DNA from: Piedraia hortae CBS 480.64 | Taxonomy: Eukaryota | Direction of reading: 5' to 3' | Assembly (NCBI GenBank): GCA_010093745.1 | Contig: MU005981.1 | Span: 62,001-126,000, forward strand | DNA: 64,000 nucleotides | Part shown: piece after piece, positions 10,398-22,884 of the stretch | How positions within the stretch are numbered: the stretch's first letter is position 1 | How the letters are laid out: each line of letters opens with the position of its first letter | The notes under the pieces: model-generated | Seen by the model: only the letters and a program-made list of their open reading frames with translations | Told to the model about the DNA's origin: nothing | Database searches by the model: none | Program-made: the position numbers and the translations under genes

Positions 10398-11906
10398 ATG
10401 AGGCGACGTGGAAGCGTCCAGTTTAACCAGCGGCACGCCCGAAACGGCGCAGCGGATGACGCGACCGGGGAAAAGAACAGCGCGCCAAAGGCCTCGCGGC
10501 CGGGCAGCGGACATGCCAAGTCGCAACAGTCAGAAAAGCGCGAGGCGCCGGGCAGCGGTTGGGCGACGGAGAACGAAGAGGAGGTTAATATTCCCCTGCA
10601 GCAGACTCGGGCCGACCGCGAGAAAACGCGGCAGTCGATTATCACTCGCACCATCTGGACCCTCGTTATGATCGCCTCGTTCTTTGCCCTGATGTTTCTT
10701 GGCCACATCTACGTTATAATTGCCGGCACGTTTGTCCAAATCATCTGCTTTAAGGAGGTCATTGCTATTTCCAATGTGCCGTCGAGAGCGCGTAGCCTTC
10801 GCTTTACCAAGACGCTGAATTGGTACTTTCTCGGTATCACCATGTACTTCCTCTACGGCGAGAGCGTCATTTACTACTTCAAGCACATTGTCCTGATTGA
10901 CCGAATTCTCTTGCCGTTTGCAACCCACCACCGGTTCATCTCCTTCATGCTCTACGTGATTGGTAGGTGGCTGTCTCTCTCCACTTAATTTACTGACATT
11001 TAGGCTTTGTTTTCTTCGTTGCGTCCTTGCAAAAGGGCCACTACAAGTTCCAGTTTACTCAGTTTGCTTGGACGCACATGGCCCTGTACTTGATTGTTGT
11101 TCAAGCCCACTTTATCATGAACAACATTTTCGAGGGGATGATCTGGTTCTTCTTGCCCGTTTGCTTGGTCACCACGAATGACATCTTTGCATACATCTGC
11201 GGAATCACTTTTGGCCGGACGCGGCTGATCGAGTTGAGTCCAAAGAAGACGGTTGAGGGTAAGCTAATCCGTGTACTGAATTGTTCTTTGCTAATTTGTA
11301 GGCTTTGTTGGGGGTTGGATCTGCACTGTAATTATTGGGTTTGGCCTGACAAACCTCTTGATGCGATCGAGCTACTTTACCTGTCCCGTGAATGACTTGG
11401 GCGCAAACTTCTTCACTGGTCTCCAGTGCGAGCCGAATCCAGTCTTCATTCCGAGGACGTTTCAGGTTCCCTTCATTCCCTTCAACTGGACCTGGCTGCC
11501 TACAAGCATCACCGTCAGTCCTATGCAATTCCACATCCTCGTTATGAGCACATTCGCCAGCCTAATCGCCCCCTTTGCGGGCTTCTTTGCATCGGGAATC
11601 AAGCGATCGTTCAACATCAAAGACTTTGGCCATTCCATTCCCGGTCATGGCGGTATGACTGACCGAATGGACTGCCAATTCATCATGGGCTTCTTCACTT
11701 ATGTCTACTACCAGTCCTTCATCGCCGTCCACCGAACCACGGTTGGCTCAGTCATCGAGACGGCTATCACCGGCCTGACTCTCGAACAGCAGGTTGAGGT
11801 CGTCAAAGGACTGACAAAACATCTTTACAATCAAGGGGAAATTGGACACGAGGTGCTAGAGTATCTTGGAGGGCACCTTCGAAAGCAACTGATGGAGAGG
11901 AATTGA
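10398..11906 (+). CDS. CDS1: Phosphatidate cytidylyltransferase (CDP-DAG synthase), 3 exons
   Basis: Motifs [31 protein letters not shown]. Introns 10963-11003 (41 nt) and 11259-11301 (43 nt) have GT..AG and branch sites and restore the frame. Confidence 0.96.
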
Positions 11907-12064
11907 CGATGTGACGCGAGGCGGATTGTGTATAATATTACCTGCTCTGATGCATCATCCATATGCAGCATTACCCAACCATGTCCCAGAACGGCTAGAC
12001 GCAAGTCGAGCTACCCCGCCGTTGGGACCCGAGAGTTCCCCGACTTCCTCGACCTGTCACAGTC

Positions 12065-14762
12065 ATGTCCAACCCAACTAGTCCCCGAGAGCGGAGACCA
12101 TCCACTTCAGCCCCGATTACTGACTTTCAGGGCCCAATTGGGCCGTCAGGAATCTCCCGTCCCAAACATAAGCGGACGGTGACTGGTTTCGGGCCCCAGG
12201 AGATCAAAAGTGTAGAGGCCAGCATTCCCGAACCCCAGCGAAAAGCGTAGGTTTTCCCGTAGTCTCCAGTTGAGCCACTAATGATGGTCCAGCTGGAAGA
12301 ATCATTCGGCCAAGGAATTCACTACAGAGGACGAGTTCCAGAGTGAAGTTGTCCGTCATGTAGAAACTTCTCTTGCTCGTTCTCTGTTCAACTGTGATGA
12401 TGCTGCTGCCTATGGCGGTACCGCCCTGGCCTTTCGTGACCGTCTGATCATTGAATGGAACCGAACCCAGCAGAATCAGACTTTGGCCGGCCAGAAGCGA
12501 GTCTACTATCTTTCCTTAGAGTTTCTGATGGGCAGGACGTTGGATAACGCCATGCTTAACGTGGGCATGAAGGATATTGCCCGCAAAGGCCTCGGCGACC
12601 TTGGCTTCCGCATGGAAGACGTCATTGATCAAGAGCGTGATGCTGCTCTTGGAAACGGCGGGCTGGGTCGTTTGGCTGCTTGTTTCTTGGATTCTTTAGC
12701 CACGCTGAACTACCCGGCTTGGGGCTATGCACTCAGGTACCGCTATGGCATCTTCAAGCAGGAGATTGTCGACGGTTACCAGGTTGAGGTGCCGGATTAT
12801 TGGCTAGATTTCAATCCCTGGGAGTTCCCACGCCATGATGTGACGGTGCCTATCCAGTTTTATGGTAATGTTCACATGTACACCAACGAACAGGGCAAGG
12901 AAGTCAGCGTTTGGGAAAACGGCGAGATCGTCACTGCCGTAGCTTACGATGCCCCTATTCCGGGTTATGACACCAGCACCACGAACAATTTGCGTCTGTG
13001 GTCCAGCAAGGCTTCCCAGGGAGAGTTTGACTTTACAAAGTTTAACAGTGGTGAATATGAAGCTTCCGTGGCTGATCAACAACGTGCAGAGACCATTTCC
13101 GCCGTGCTCTATCCCAACGATAGCCTGGAACGCGGCAAGGAATTACGTTTGAAGCAGCAGTACTTCTGGTGCGCTGCCTCCCTTTATGACATTGTCAGGC
13201 GCTTCAAGAAGTCTAGAAAACCGTGGAGCGAGTTCCCCAACCAGGTCGCTATCCAGCTAAATGACACCCACCCAACACTCGCCATTCCGGAGCTTCAACG
13301 CATACTGGTTGACGTTGAAGGACTCGAATGGAACGAGGCGTGGGATATTGTCCACAAGACGTTCGGGTACACAAATCACACGGTGCTTCCAGAGGCGTTG
13401 GAGAAGTGGTCTGTTCCGCTTATTCAACACCTTCTTCCACGCCATCTCCAAATCATCTACGACATCAACTTGAACTTCCTCCAGTATGTCGAGCGCAAGT
13501 TTCCCAACGATCGTGATATGCTGTCCCGTACGTCCATCATTGAGGAGTCAAATCCGAAAATGGTTCGCATGGCCTATCTTGCCATTATCGGTAGCCACAA
13601 GGTCAACGGAGTTGCTGAGCTCCATTCTGATCTCATCAAAACAACAATCTTCAAGGACTTCGTCAAAGTCTACGGTCAAGACAAGTTCACCAATGTTACT
13701 AATGGCATCACTCCTCGCCGATGGTTGCACCAGGCCAATCCACGCCTGTCTGAGCTGATTGCCAGCAAGCTTGGCGGTTACGACTATCTTCGTGATTTGT
13801 CGAAGTTGCACATGCTGGAGAAGTACGTCGATGACAAGCAGTTTAGAAAGGAGTTTCAGGAGATCAAATGGGCCAACAAGGCTCGCTTGGCGAAGTACAC
13901 CAAAGACGTTGAGGGGATCACTGTCAACCCTTCCAGCTTGTTCGACATTCAAGTCAAGCGTATTCACGAGTACAAACGACAGCAGCTCAACATTTTTGGA
14001 GTCATTCATCGCTACCTAGAGCTCAAGGACATGTCGCCCGAAGCCCGGAAAAAGGTGCAACCGCGCGTTGTCTTCTTCGGTGGCAAGGCAGCTCCTGGCT
14101 ATTGGATGGCAAAGACTGTCATTCATCTCATCAACCAGGTTGCCAAGGTCGTTAACAACGACAAGGACATTGGCGATATCCTCAAGGTGGTGTTTTTGTC
14201 CGACTACAACGTGAGCAAGGCGGAAATAATCTGCCCGGCTTCGGATATCAGCGAACACATTTCCACAGCTGGCACCGAAGCGTCTGGAACTTCCAACATG
14301 AAGTTTGTTCTTAACGGAGGCCTTATCATTGGCACCTGCGACGGCGCCAACATTGAAATTACACGTGAGATCGGCGAGGAAAACATCTTCTTGTTTGGCA
14401 ACTTTTCAGAGGATGTTGAGGACATTCGCCATAAGCACTTTTATGGTGAATTTCACCTCGACCCGATGCTCAAACGCGTGTTTGACACCATTCGTTCTGG
14501 CATGTTTGGCGACGCTGGCCAGTTCTCTGCTCTTGTGGACAGCATCGTGGAGCATGGTGACTATTATCTAGTGTCTGACGATTTCAAATCGTACATTGAT
14601 ACGCAGAAGCTCATTGACAAGGCGTATGCCGACCAGTCGACTTGGCTGACCCAGTCGATAACGAGCGTCGCACGCATGGGATTCTTCAGCTCCGATCGCT
14701 GTATAGATGAGTATGCCGAGACAATCTGGAATATAGAGCCTGTTGCCCCGTCGAAGAAGTAA
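12065..14762 (+). CDS. GPH1: Glycogen phosphorylase, 2 exons
   Basis: Motifs LGNGGLGRLAACF, NDTHP, TNGITPRRW, EASGTSNMKF. The fungal regulatory N-terminus RPKHKRTVTGF lies on exon 1. Intron 12247-12292 (46 nt) joins in frame. Confidence 0.98.
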
Positions 14763-15106
14763 GCAGGATTAGACTAAAAGTTATGATTTTATCATGATGC
14801 AAACATGCGATCTTTTATCCTTGACAATGCTGAGCATGAGAAGTCATTCGACTTCAAATTTTACTTGTCCACCAGGACTATTCAATGGAGCGGGTAAATG
14901 GATGAATGTGAACATCACAGTCCGAGAAACGGCCAAAGACTCTGCAGCGTTTTCATCTAAGCAAGCACAAGGTTGAGGACCACTTGTCCTTGTTGCTCAG
15001 AATGTTCATCAAAGCTCACTACTGGGTACACGCTCTCTCTCTCTACAGCTTCCAATCTCATAGCTAGATAGCGCCTACTGTGGTAGAGTCTTCAACAACC
15101 CGTTCC

Positions 15107-15587
15107 TGTAGGATACAAGCAGCGCCGCTAGCGCGTATGCGGGGCACTTGCATAGCAAGTCAGCGATATCTCCCACACTACCAGCTGCACCCTAGGTTTT
15201 TCTCTTACAGAGGTTTTCCCTCAAGGTCATGTCATATGTGACATGGTGAATGCGCTCTGCTAGTGTACGACGTGACGTCACCGGCCCACCGGTACAGAAT
15301 TTTCATTCTGAACGTCCCCTCATTTGAGATAGATAGAGTTAAAGGGGACGAACTGATAGTGTGAGTACACTAAGACATGAATAATAGTATTGTTATATGT
15401 GCTGCATACATGAAAGGACGCTGTACATGGCCATCACGTGACACATCCTTCAACTGATAGTCATATTCACATTGTCATATCGACACTGGTATCGACTCAT
15501 ATCCATCTGCATCTGTCCTGTCCCTGTTTCCGCTTCGTCCTTTTTGGGCCGCTGCGCACTCTCATCCACGGGAGCCCAATCGCTACA
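15107..15587 (+). mobile_element. Family-A LTR containing a nested family-D mini-element
   Basis: TGTAGG...CTACA termini. Colinear with 24611-24969 apart from the insertion at 15337-15455. Confidence 0.9.
15337..15455. mobile_element. 119-bp family-D mini-element nested in LTR A
   Basis: AGTTAAAGG...CCTTCAACT, TSD GATAG (15332-15336 / 15456-15460). Absent from the other family-A copies, which show the empty site. Confidence 0.88.
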
Positions 15588-15629
15588 CGCAGCTTAAGGA
15601 GGTCATATCTGAACGCCACCGCCAGGACA

Positions 15630-16080
15630 CAGATGCACCCCATCGCTTATTTCTTGAGCCAGCCGCAGTTCGGTACTCCGTTCAGGAGCGGGAACTGCTT
15701 ACAATCGTCATAGCTTGCTACCATTGGCGACATGGGGTCGAGGGCAAAGACGTCACCGTCGCAACCACAAATCTCTTAAACTCCTGACGGCTAGACGGAA
15801 GTGCAGCACTTCTCAAAGGAAAGACACCAGGCGCCCTTCCAGGCTTCCCTTGCAGGGCGCAGATTATTGTACGCCTCGGTGTCGTAGTCGCTGACGGTCC
15901 TGCGCATGTCCACTGAAAAAGTCATATGGCCACATTATCTACGGTAACATCTGTGCTATCCAAATGGGAGGTTCTGAAAGGACAACTACCACCAGCACAC
16001 TGGATTCACAAGAAAGTGTTTTTGACCGCCCTTTCAAACAAACTGCCACCACGTCGCCCGTGCGACCAACATAGCAAAAT
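15630..16080 (+). mobile_element. Ty3/gypsy pol remnants
   Basis: Translates to HPIAYF and ERELLTIVIACYHWRHGVEGKDVTV (gypsy RNase H signature ELLAI...WRHYLEG), then LPPRRPCD (LPPHRxxD linker). Fragmented. Confidence 0.75.
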
Positions 16081-16369
16081 GAGAACAAAGCGCCTGCAGA
16101 AATCTGACCGTGCCCTCTACTCTGGACTTAGCCTGAACCTTGGGCGGATTTTACAGCCCGGAACTCTCAGCACACATGCAACTTCCTTTCGTGCCAGCAG
16201 CAACCGACCCATACATGAATCGAGGCTGCGAAGGGCTTGAGGTGTGGTTTCTTCTCAAATCATATCTGGTCTATTGGGGTTGTTGCTCGTAACAGTGATG
16301 CTTTACTACCTTCGCTTCCGCTGCCGTTTGACTGAACAAACCGATGACAACGGTATGTATGTCAATCAT

Positions 16370-16575
16370 CTATACAGGCCGCTAATGCCGTACCCGCACT
16401 TCACTTTCGACCTAGACACCTCAACCAGACAGGATATCAGGACCCTGGTGTTTTTATTCGATCTGGAGTCAATGAACATTAGGTACAGGTATAAATTGCC
16501 TGCAGAAACTTGCCTGTGCCTTCTAATTTACAGGCCCAGTTGGTTAATGCGGTATTGTGAGCTGGCAAAGTTCGA
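16370..16575 (+). mobile_element. Possible Harbinger/IS5-like transposase N-terminal remnant
   Basis: RYKLPAETCLCLLIYRPSWLMRYCELAKF resembles the E.LC.LL.RL.YP.R..DL..F helix motif of DDE_Tnp_4-type proteins. Confidence 0.4.
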
Positions 16576-17129
16576 GCAAGGAGTTTCTTAGGCCAGATGA
16601 CGCAACACCTGCAGATGGCGGCCCGTGGTTACTGGAGCTCCCGATCCACGAAGGATCTTCATGTCAACGCCGTGGGCATCTGACAACAGATCAGTGTGCC
16701 ATGCATTGATACTGCCGTTGTTGATGCTCATATGAGCGCGGGCGTGAGGGCGTCGCCATGGTAGTGTTGCATAAGCAGATCGAAATTTCTTGTGGTGGGA
16801 GGGGGAGGAGAAGTCGAGCGTCGACAAGCATCCGGCGGAGGATTAGACATATCCTCTGTCAGTTATGAGCTCGGATGCCAACTCTGCTCAGATTCACGCT
16901 ACGACATGTTGACTTTTCTGCACCCTATTCAAAGCCCAAACACTTGAACGGGCGTTAAATGTTGACAATTTTCTTCCAGAGCAGCTCCATGCGGTGCCGC
17001 GGGGGTGTTTAGCAATAGATCACGAAGTCACACAAGCGGAAGCTCGACACGCCACAATTGGAGTGACTGGTGCAACCCCAGACCGAGACGACATAACAGT
17101 TCGTGTGTTATTCTCGCTGTTGGAGTCCA

Positions 17130-17320
17130 ATGGGGTAGAAGTACCGAATCATTTCCGACATTCTCTCACGTGCTTCCAAACGACGGAAGTGGTAATGCTA
17201 CCAAAGCCCAACAAAGACCTTACACGGTCGAAGGGGTAGTTGCCCAATCTCTCTGCTGCCCTGCCTGGGGCAAGGATTTGAAGGGCTACTGGCTAAGAGG
17301 GTCGCAAAATCTGCTCTTCG
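17130..17320 (+). mobile_element. LINE (Tad1-like) reverse transcriptase remnant
   Basis: FQTTEVVMLPKPNKDLTRSKG* followed by PISLLPCLGKGFEGLLAKR, the classic non-LTR RT motif (PKPxK...RPISLL..LGK..E). Confidence 0.8.
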
Positions 17321-17359
17321 ATCTCGTTATCCACAATTCTCTTCTATAAAAATGCACAA

Positions 17360-17515
17360 ACAATCCGTCTTGTCAACAATCCAATATGGGGTTCACAATG
17401 AGAAAGCGAAATATTGACATCTATCAACACTGGGTATGCCAGGAAACACCGGTTGGACGCCTGCACTGCTCATGGATGGGAAGGACCGATATGCCAGCAG
17501 ATGGCATGACCAAGA
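17360..17515 (+). mobile_element. Ty1/copia RNase H C-terminal remnant
   Basis: RKRNIDIYQHWVCQE...WMGRTDMPADGMTK matches the copia motif KHIDI..HWLRQE...M.ADGLTK. Confidence 0.8.
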
Positions 17516-20500
17516 TTCGGTTCCGTAAACGCAGATCTACTGTCAGAAGTCTGTCGCTTGCGGAAGAGTTGTTGATACCGAAGCCGTCTCCGAATAAAGG
17601 AGATGATGATATAAAAGGATTTGAGGACAAAGTCCTCTCATATGTTTAGTCAGAAGGGTTTCCTCCCTGAATATCATTCAGCTAGAGATATTCACTTTGC
17701 TCCCTACTGGGATATGAGTTCTTTCCTTCCCCTCTGGCAAGCATTTAAGCGACAGCGACGATGCAAACGTTCCGCGAAAACTTACCTCTGCACGCAAGAA
17801 GCAGAACACGCAAGTGGGGAGCGGAAAGAAGCAGACAACGACAACGGCAAGTGGTAAAAAGCCGGCCAATTCGGTTACAAAGCCGTCCAAGAAAGACGGC
17901 AAGGGTCAGAGACTAGCAACAAGAAAAGGTCAGGAGCCAGAGCGAAGGGTGAACTCGAATTCTTCGGATAAAGAAGACTTCGGGTCCGAGGGCTCAGAAT
18001 CAGGGCTTGACGACATCAATCGTTATCTCCATCTGTCTCATGCAGTGTCATCGAAGCTGAGCGCAATTACCCTACAGGAGCGACCAGATGCACCATCGCT
18101 GGGTCCAATTGACAATATAGCTAGCATGTCCTCCAGAACTTCGCCCGATAAAGGCGTGTCGGGGGGAACATTGTGCTTTATGAACTCGCCCATCCATGAC
18201 CCTTCACCTGAGATATCCACACCACAGGCCTCCAGGCGACCAGTACCGATTCAAAGTCTCACACGTGGCCACCCGATGTCTGCACCCGCTGGACAGCCAG
18301 TAAAGACAATACTCAGCCAGCCTCGCCGCCAACGGATGGCAAGTTCCCTGTCGTTGCGCCCAGCCCAGTGACGACTGGAAAGCTTCACGCCTGGATGGGC
18401 GAGCTCAACAGCGACAACGCCAAATACCTCGTCAGGTTTTGCCGGGCTGGTTTTTGCAACATGTCTCCTGCCACTCCGAGCTGACCAAAGCTACCAGGAA
18501 AACCCAGGTGTCAAGCTGGCGGTTTTGGCACGAGAACTCCATGAGCTAAAGGCACAGAACAAAGCGCTCGTGGTGCGCCTGGATAAGCAAGATGAGGCTG
18601 CCAGGTCTGCGCAGCAGGAGGCTGCCCTGGGTCAGGTGGGTCGAGATCGATGGTCATTCCAAGGAATGGCTAATCCAATGTCAGCGCGGCGGCCGCACCA
18701 TGCGTGAAGCTTTATACTGGGCTACACACGGCCCCACCAAGTGGGAAAGCCCACTGTCTGTCACGGTAGCATCCCCTAATTCGTACGTGTACTGATTGGT
18801 GAACACCTTTTGCCAGGAGTTCTTGGTGGCCAAAGGTGTTCTTGAGCCCGATCCGGCGCCCTCGGTCGTGGCTAAAGCTGGTCGTCAGTGGTTTTGGCCT
18901 TTCGAAAACTGCCAGCGGCCATTCTTCTGAAGGGCACACTCTGGGAAGCTGTCAAGGGCCTTGTTCCCAAAAGCAAGCTTACTGCTGCTCAATGTCCAAT
19001 CGAGCGGGCAGAGATAGCTGCAACCTGGGTGTTTTAGCATTTTTTCTCTACTGTATGTTTTGCTTTGCCTGACAAGGATTGTAGCAATGGACAGCCGAAC
19101 TCGCCGTAGTGACGTCCGAAGACTTCTTCGATCGCTCTCATGAAGCCTACAAGTCCTTGACCGTAGAAGAAAAGCAAAATCGCCTTCCTTAACTCGACTG
19201 TGTTGCTAAAATCTACCAGACAAAACATCTTGAAGACGGATGTGGAGGAGTTCGGGTGGAAGAAGAGGGATGATGGTGGGGAGGGTGTCTTGCAACAGCC
19301 GGGACCTGGCCGCTTTGATGAGCCCATGAGCTTTCAGGAGCATGACGTCTAGACGGTCTAGGTTGTTGAATGTGTAAATCAAGTCAAGAGCATCATAGTG
19401 ACATGGTAGTCAGTATCCCAAGCATATTGCAACGATATAGTATCGATATTTCAGAAAACACTTCCACGATGTGCGAGAAGACATTGCGGTACAATGCTGA
19501 GAAGTTTTATCATAATACTTCTGCAAGTATTCTCATCACATTACTGGGATTATTATCATAATATGTGATGGAACGTTGCAGTGAGATACCAGTGAATATT
19601 CACAAGATACTTCAAGGAGTATCACCATAATATTAGGTTGCCCAAGCACAATATTATATAATAACTAGAACAACATCATACAACCACGGGATTTATGCTA
19701 TATCATATCTTGCGGGTTTGACTGTGTACGCACACGGTACAACTTCCAGTCCATGCACGAAACCTCGTACGCTCTGGCCACCAATTACCATGCGATGGGA
19801 ACAGGTAACGACAACAACAGTGATGAGAGGGCGAGAACCAGCGCCGCCAATGATGAGGTATATGTGTGAGAAGTGCGCATTCGGTTAGAAACCATACCTT
19901 TTCCGGAAAATACTTCCCAAGTCCAAACAACTCCTTACCCATGATTCCAAGCGTTCAAAGTATCTTGAGTGGCTTCCTTAAGATTTATAGCCAGCGGCCA
20001 CATCGTTTTTGAAGCAAGGGTATTGCGAATCAATTGTCTTGCCAATCAAAGACTCCCAGGTGGACAAGGAATGCAGGGCCGGTCTCGCGCAGGCTTACGC
20101 CAATGACTATGGATTGAATCTGGGAGCCGGCACTCTGCACACTGGTCGTAGCATCAAATGGTTCAAACAATTCTCATTCGCAGACCCGTAAGTTTGTTGT
20201 CCACCAAGCTAACACTCGACAACAAATACTGATAGTTGTTCACAGCTCCACACAGCAGAGAGTGACTCTCGACCGCCTTGAGTTTGTTCTCTTTCACGAC
20301 AACAGCATTGGTAATGTCGATTGCATCTTTTCAAACAAAACAGCCGACGGCAACCGCAGGATTTCCCTGCGTATGTTCTTGACCTCTTCCCATCCTTCCG
20401 TCCTGAACAAAGTTCTCACTGGTCTGCCTCTTCGGCGATTCACTGACGAACGAGCTATCACAACTGGCGCTCCGGCCGTCAAGAGTCAGAGGTTATACCT

Positions 20501-20658
20501 ACTGTCAGTGTAGAGGAAAGGTGATCACATCATGGTGGAAAAGCAAGACTCTTGGGGTTTGTTGCACGTGCACTAGGACATAACTACAAAAAGGAAGTAG
20601 ACTGAGGATAGTTTTGAGACGGTAAACCCTCCCATGCGATATTCAGCCAGGTCGCCTC

Positions 20659-21182
20659 TGTGAGCATAGATAGAGGTCGAGGCTTCTCAGGGTTTTTACG
20701 TCTCTGGAGGAACGTTCCCCTGAGATGGGTCATTGTCTCGTTCATGTTCTTGCATGTCTCGATGATGTTGTCCTGGCGAATGCGGCTAGACGGAGACAGA
20801 GTGGAAAAGGGTTCTCCGACCTCCCTTCATAGAGCCATAGGAGTCTACATCCACTTTTTGGTTAGAGTCGAGTCCACACACTTGTCCTCAGTCTACATTC
20901 CGCATTAGCCATTGGAGGCCCTTCCCTCCGACAATAGCCTATTTGGGGAGGGGAATGTGTCGGAGGATGGGACAGGCAATGGTGTGAGAGGCACATATAT
21001 GTGCCGAGGTGATATGATGAGGTGAAGTGCGGAACTTCACCTCACGCTAACCCAGGTCCAGCCGCATTCAACAACACACCGACCATGCACCGATAATGAA
21101 CAGAACCGTGTCCCGTCCCAGGGGAAACTTTCTCCTACGAGGTAAAACCCTCGGAAGCCTCGACTTCAAAGACCTTCTGACA
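20659..21182. mobile_element. Two family-B LTR-like copies in opposite orientation
   Basis: The plus copy ends CCTCCGACA at 20933 and resembles 2318-2474. The minus copy 20958-21182 has TGTCGGAGG...CCTTCTGACA termini. TSDs unclear. Confidence 0.7.
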
Positions 21183-21510
21183 ATAGCACCCTAGATTTTG
21201 TCCTCATATATTGTTAGAATATTGTTAGAGATGGGTCACGAACCAACAGATTGTATAATCGTTACAGCGGCCATCCGTTCGACGTCTGATGTGACTCTAC
21301 ATGCGAAGCTCCTCATCTGCCTACCGGTCCAGAATATATTCTCTGATATCCTTTGGTAGATATGACTAACACACACCACTTCTCTCCATCTATTGTTCCT
21401 ACTCGTAGATACCATCAATTCTACTGCTGAGGTGTATCGTCTAGCGTATAAATGCAAGGACTACTGACGCAAGCAGCATGCAACACGCGATACACTCTAT
21501 CCACATTACC

Positions 21511-22884
21511 TCACCCCTTTCTCTTCTCCAAACTCTCCTTCAACTCAACAACAGCATGGAACACCGCTCTGGCAATCTCATCCTTCACCAAATTCTCTCC
21601 GCCCTCCCTCCTTCCTAACCTGTCCGAATGCCACCTCAAAACCTCCTTCTTCAGCAGCTTTCCCAGTTTGCCCATCGCATCCCCATCTCCATGGTAAAAA
21701 CCAAGCTCCACCCTTCCGCGCCCAAGATCCCTATACCGCGGTCGCAGGCCTACAGCACGGAGGAAAAATGCCTGCGTGTTAGCTTTTATCACCGTTTCGG
21801 TTGACCAGGTTGGGTTGAGATAGGATGCTTCGCGGAGGGGCGAGGCGTGGAGGTTATATGTTGGGTATGGGATTACGGAGGAGTTGGGCGGGAGATTAGA
21901 CCATGCCGCTTCGTAGGCTTTAAAGAGAGTGTCTGGGGAGATTGGGTGGTTTTTGTCCTTTTTGAAAGATGGATTGTCGAAATTCCTCGTGGGTTTGTTG
22001 GGGCGGGGAGGTGTTGTAAAGGTATCACGTGTGTGTAATTTAGGGACTCGCTGTCGGGGTGGCGGACTGTGATTATCGTTGTCGTCGGGGTTGAAGGCTG
22101 GAGGGGGCGTGCGGTGAGTGTGTGGATTTGAGGAGCGTGCATTACCGCTCGGATGCTCGGTTGTGTGATTATGATGAGTTTTAGGGGAGAGGCGACATGT
22201 TCTTTTCCAGCTAGGGCCAGTGTTTTTGTGTTCGTCATCTCCGGGAGGTTTTTGACCGCGATGCGCGTGGTTGACTGGAGGAGTGTTATGGGAACCTTGG
22301 CCGCCTACTGGATCCGGTGTCCTATAACTATTTTTGCAAGATGAACCATCGTTGGTATTTGCACTTTGTTTCGCTTTTTTGCCGGCGCCGGCGTTCGCTT
22401 GCTCATCATCGCCGTAGTCCCGTTTTCTTTTCTTGCCGCCGTTGAAGAGGTTTGCCGAAGGGTCATTCGCCGACGTGGTATCAGAATTGTGACCACGGGC
22501 ATACCCTTGACGTTGGGCGTAGAACGCCTGCATGCCTGACGGAGGATCACACCAACCTGCAAGGTTCCATCCATAAGACTGTCTATGATGGTCCATTCCG
22601 AAAGGTCTCACATCGCGAAACCGGCATTCTGCTCTGGCCAGCATGAACTCCGCGTGTTCCAGCTCGCATAATAACCGCTGCAGGTTATCATATATCTTAC
22701 CTGGGTGATCCAGAATGGTGCGCATCGAAGCTTTGATTCTCTGAACAATTCTGTCCCACCCACGCAAGTTCTGCAGGCAATGCTGGATATATACTTCCTT
22801 GTCCGACATAAAGAAACTTTGGTGACTACCTGCAGCGTGGTTAAAGAAGTTGAAGATGTGCTGCGTGCCGTTGCTATACGCCAT
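21511..22884 (-). CDS. Hypothetical protein with NFKBIL1-like/J-domain-like C-terminal helical domain
   Basis: Intact ~457-aa ORF with a low-complexity middle, a KKRKR NLS-like motif and C-terminal YEAAWS.L...IPYP...LKKEVLRWHSDRL (RWHPDK-type motif). Confidence 0.6.
   Translation of the reverse strand: MAYSNGTQHIFNFFNHAAGSHQSFFMSDKEVYIQHCLQNLRGWDRIVQRIKASMRTILDHPGKIYDNLQRLLCELEHAEFMLARAECRFRDVRPFGMDHHRQSYGWNLAGWCDPPSGMQAFYAQRQGYARGHNSDTTSANDPSANLFNGGKKRKRDYGDDEQANAGAGKKAKQSANTNDGSSCKNSYRTPDPVGGQGSHNTPPVNHAHRGQKPPGDDEHKNTGPSWKRTCRLSPKTHHNHTTEHPSGNARSSNPHTHRTPPPAFNPDDNDNHSPPPRQRVPKLHTRDTFTTPPRPNKPTRNFDNPSFKKDKNHPISPDTLFKAYEAAWSNLPPNSSVIPYPTYNLHASPLREASYLNPTWSTETVIKANTQAFFLRAVGLRPRYRDLGRGRVELGFYHGDGDAMGKLGKLLKKEVLRWHSDRLGRREGGENLVKDEIARAVFHAVVELKESLEKRKG

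Noticed and set aside
17814..19330. Short ORFs (185 aa and smaller) as genes
   Set aside because: Low-complexity and fragmented, lying among TE remnants, and no family recognised.
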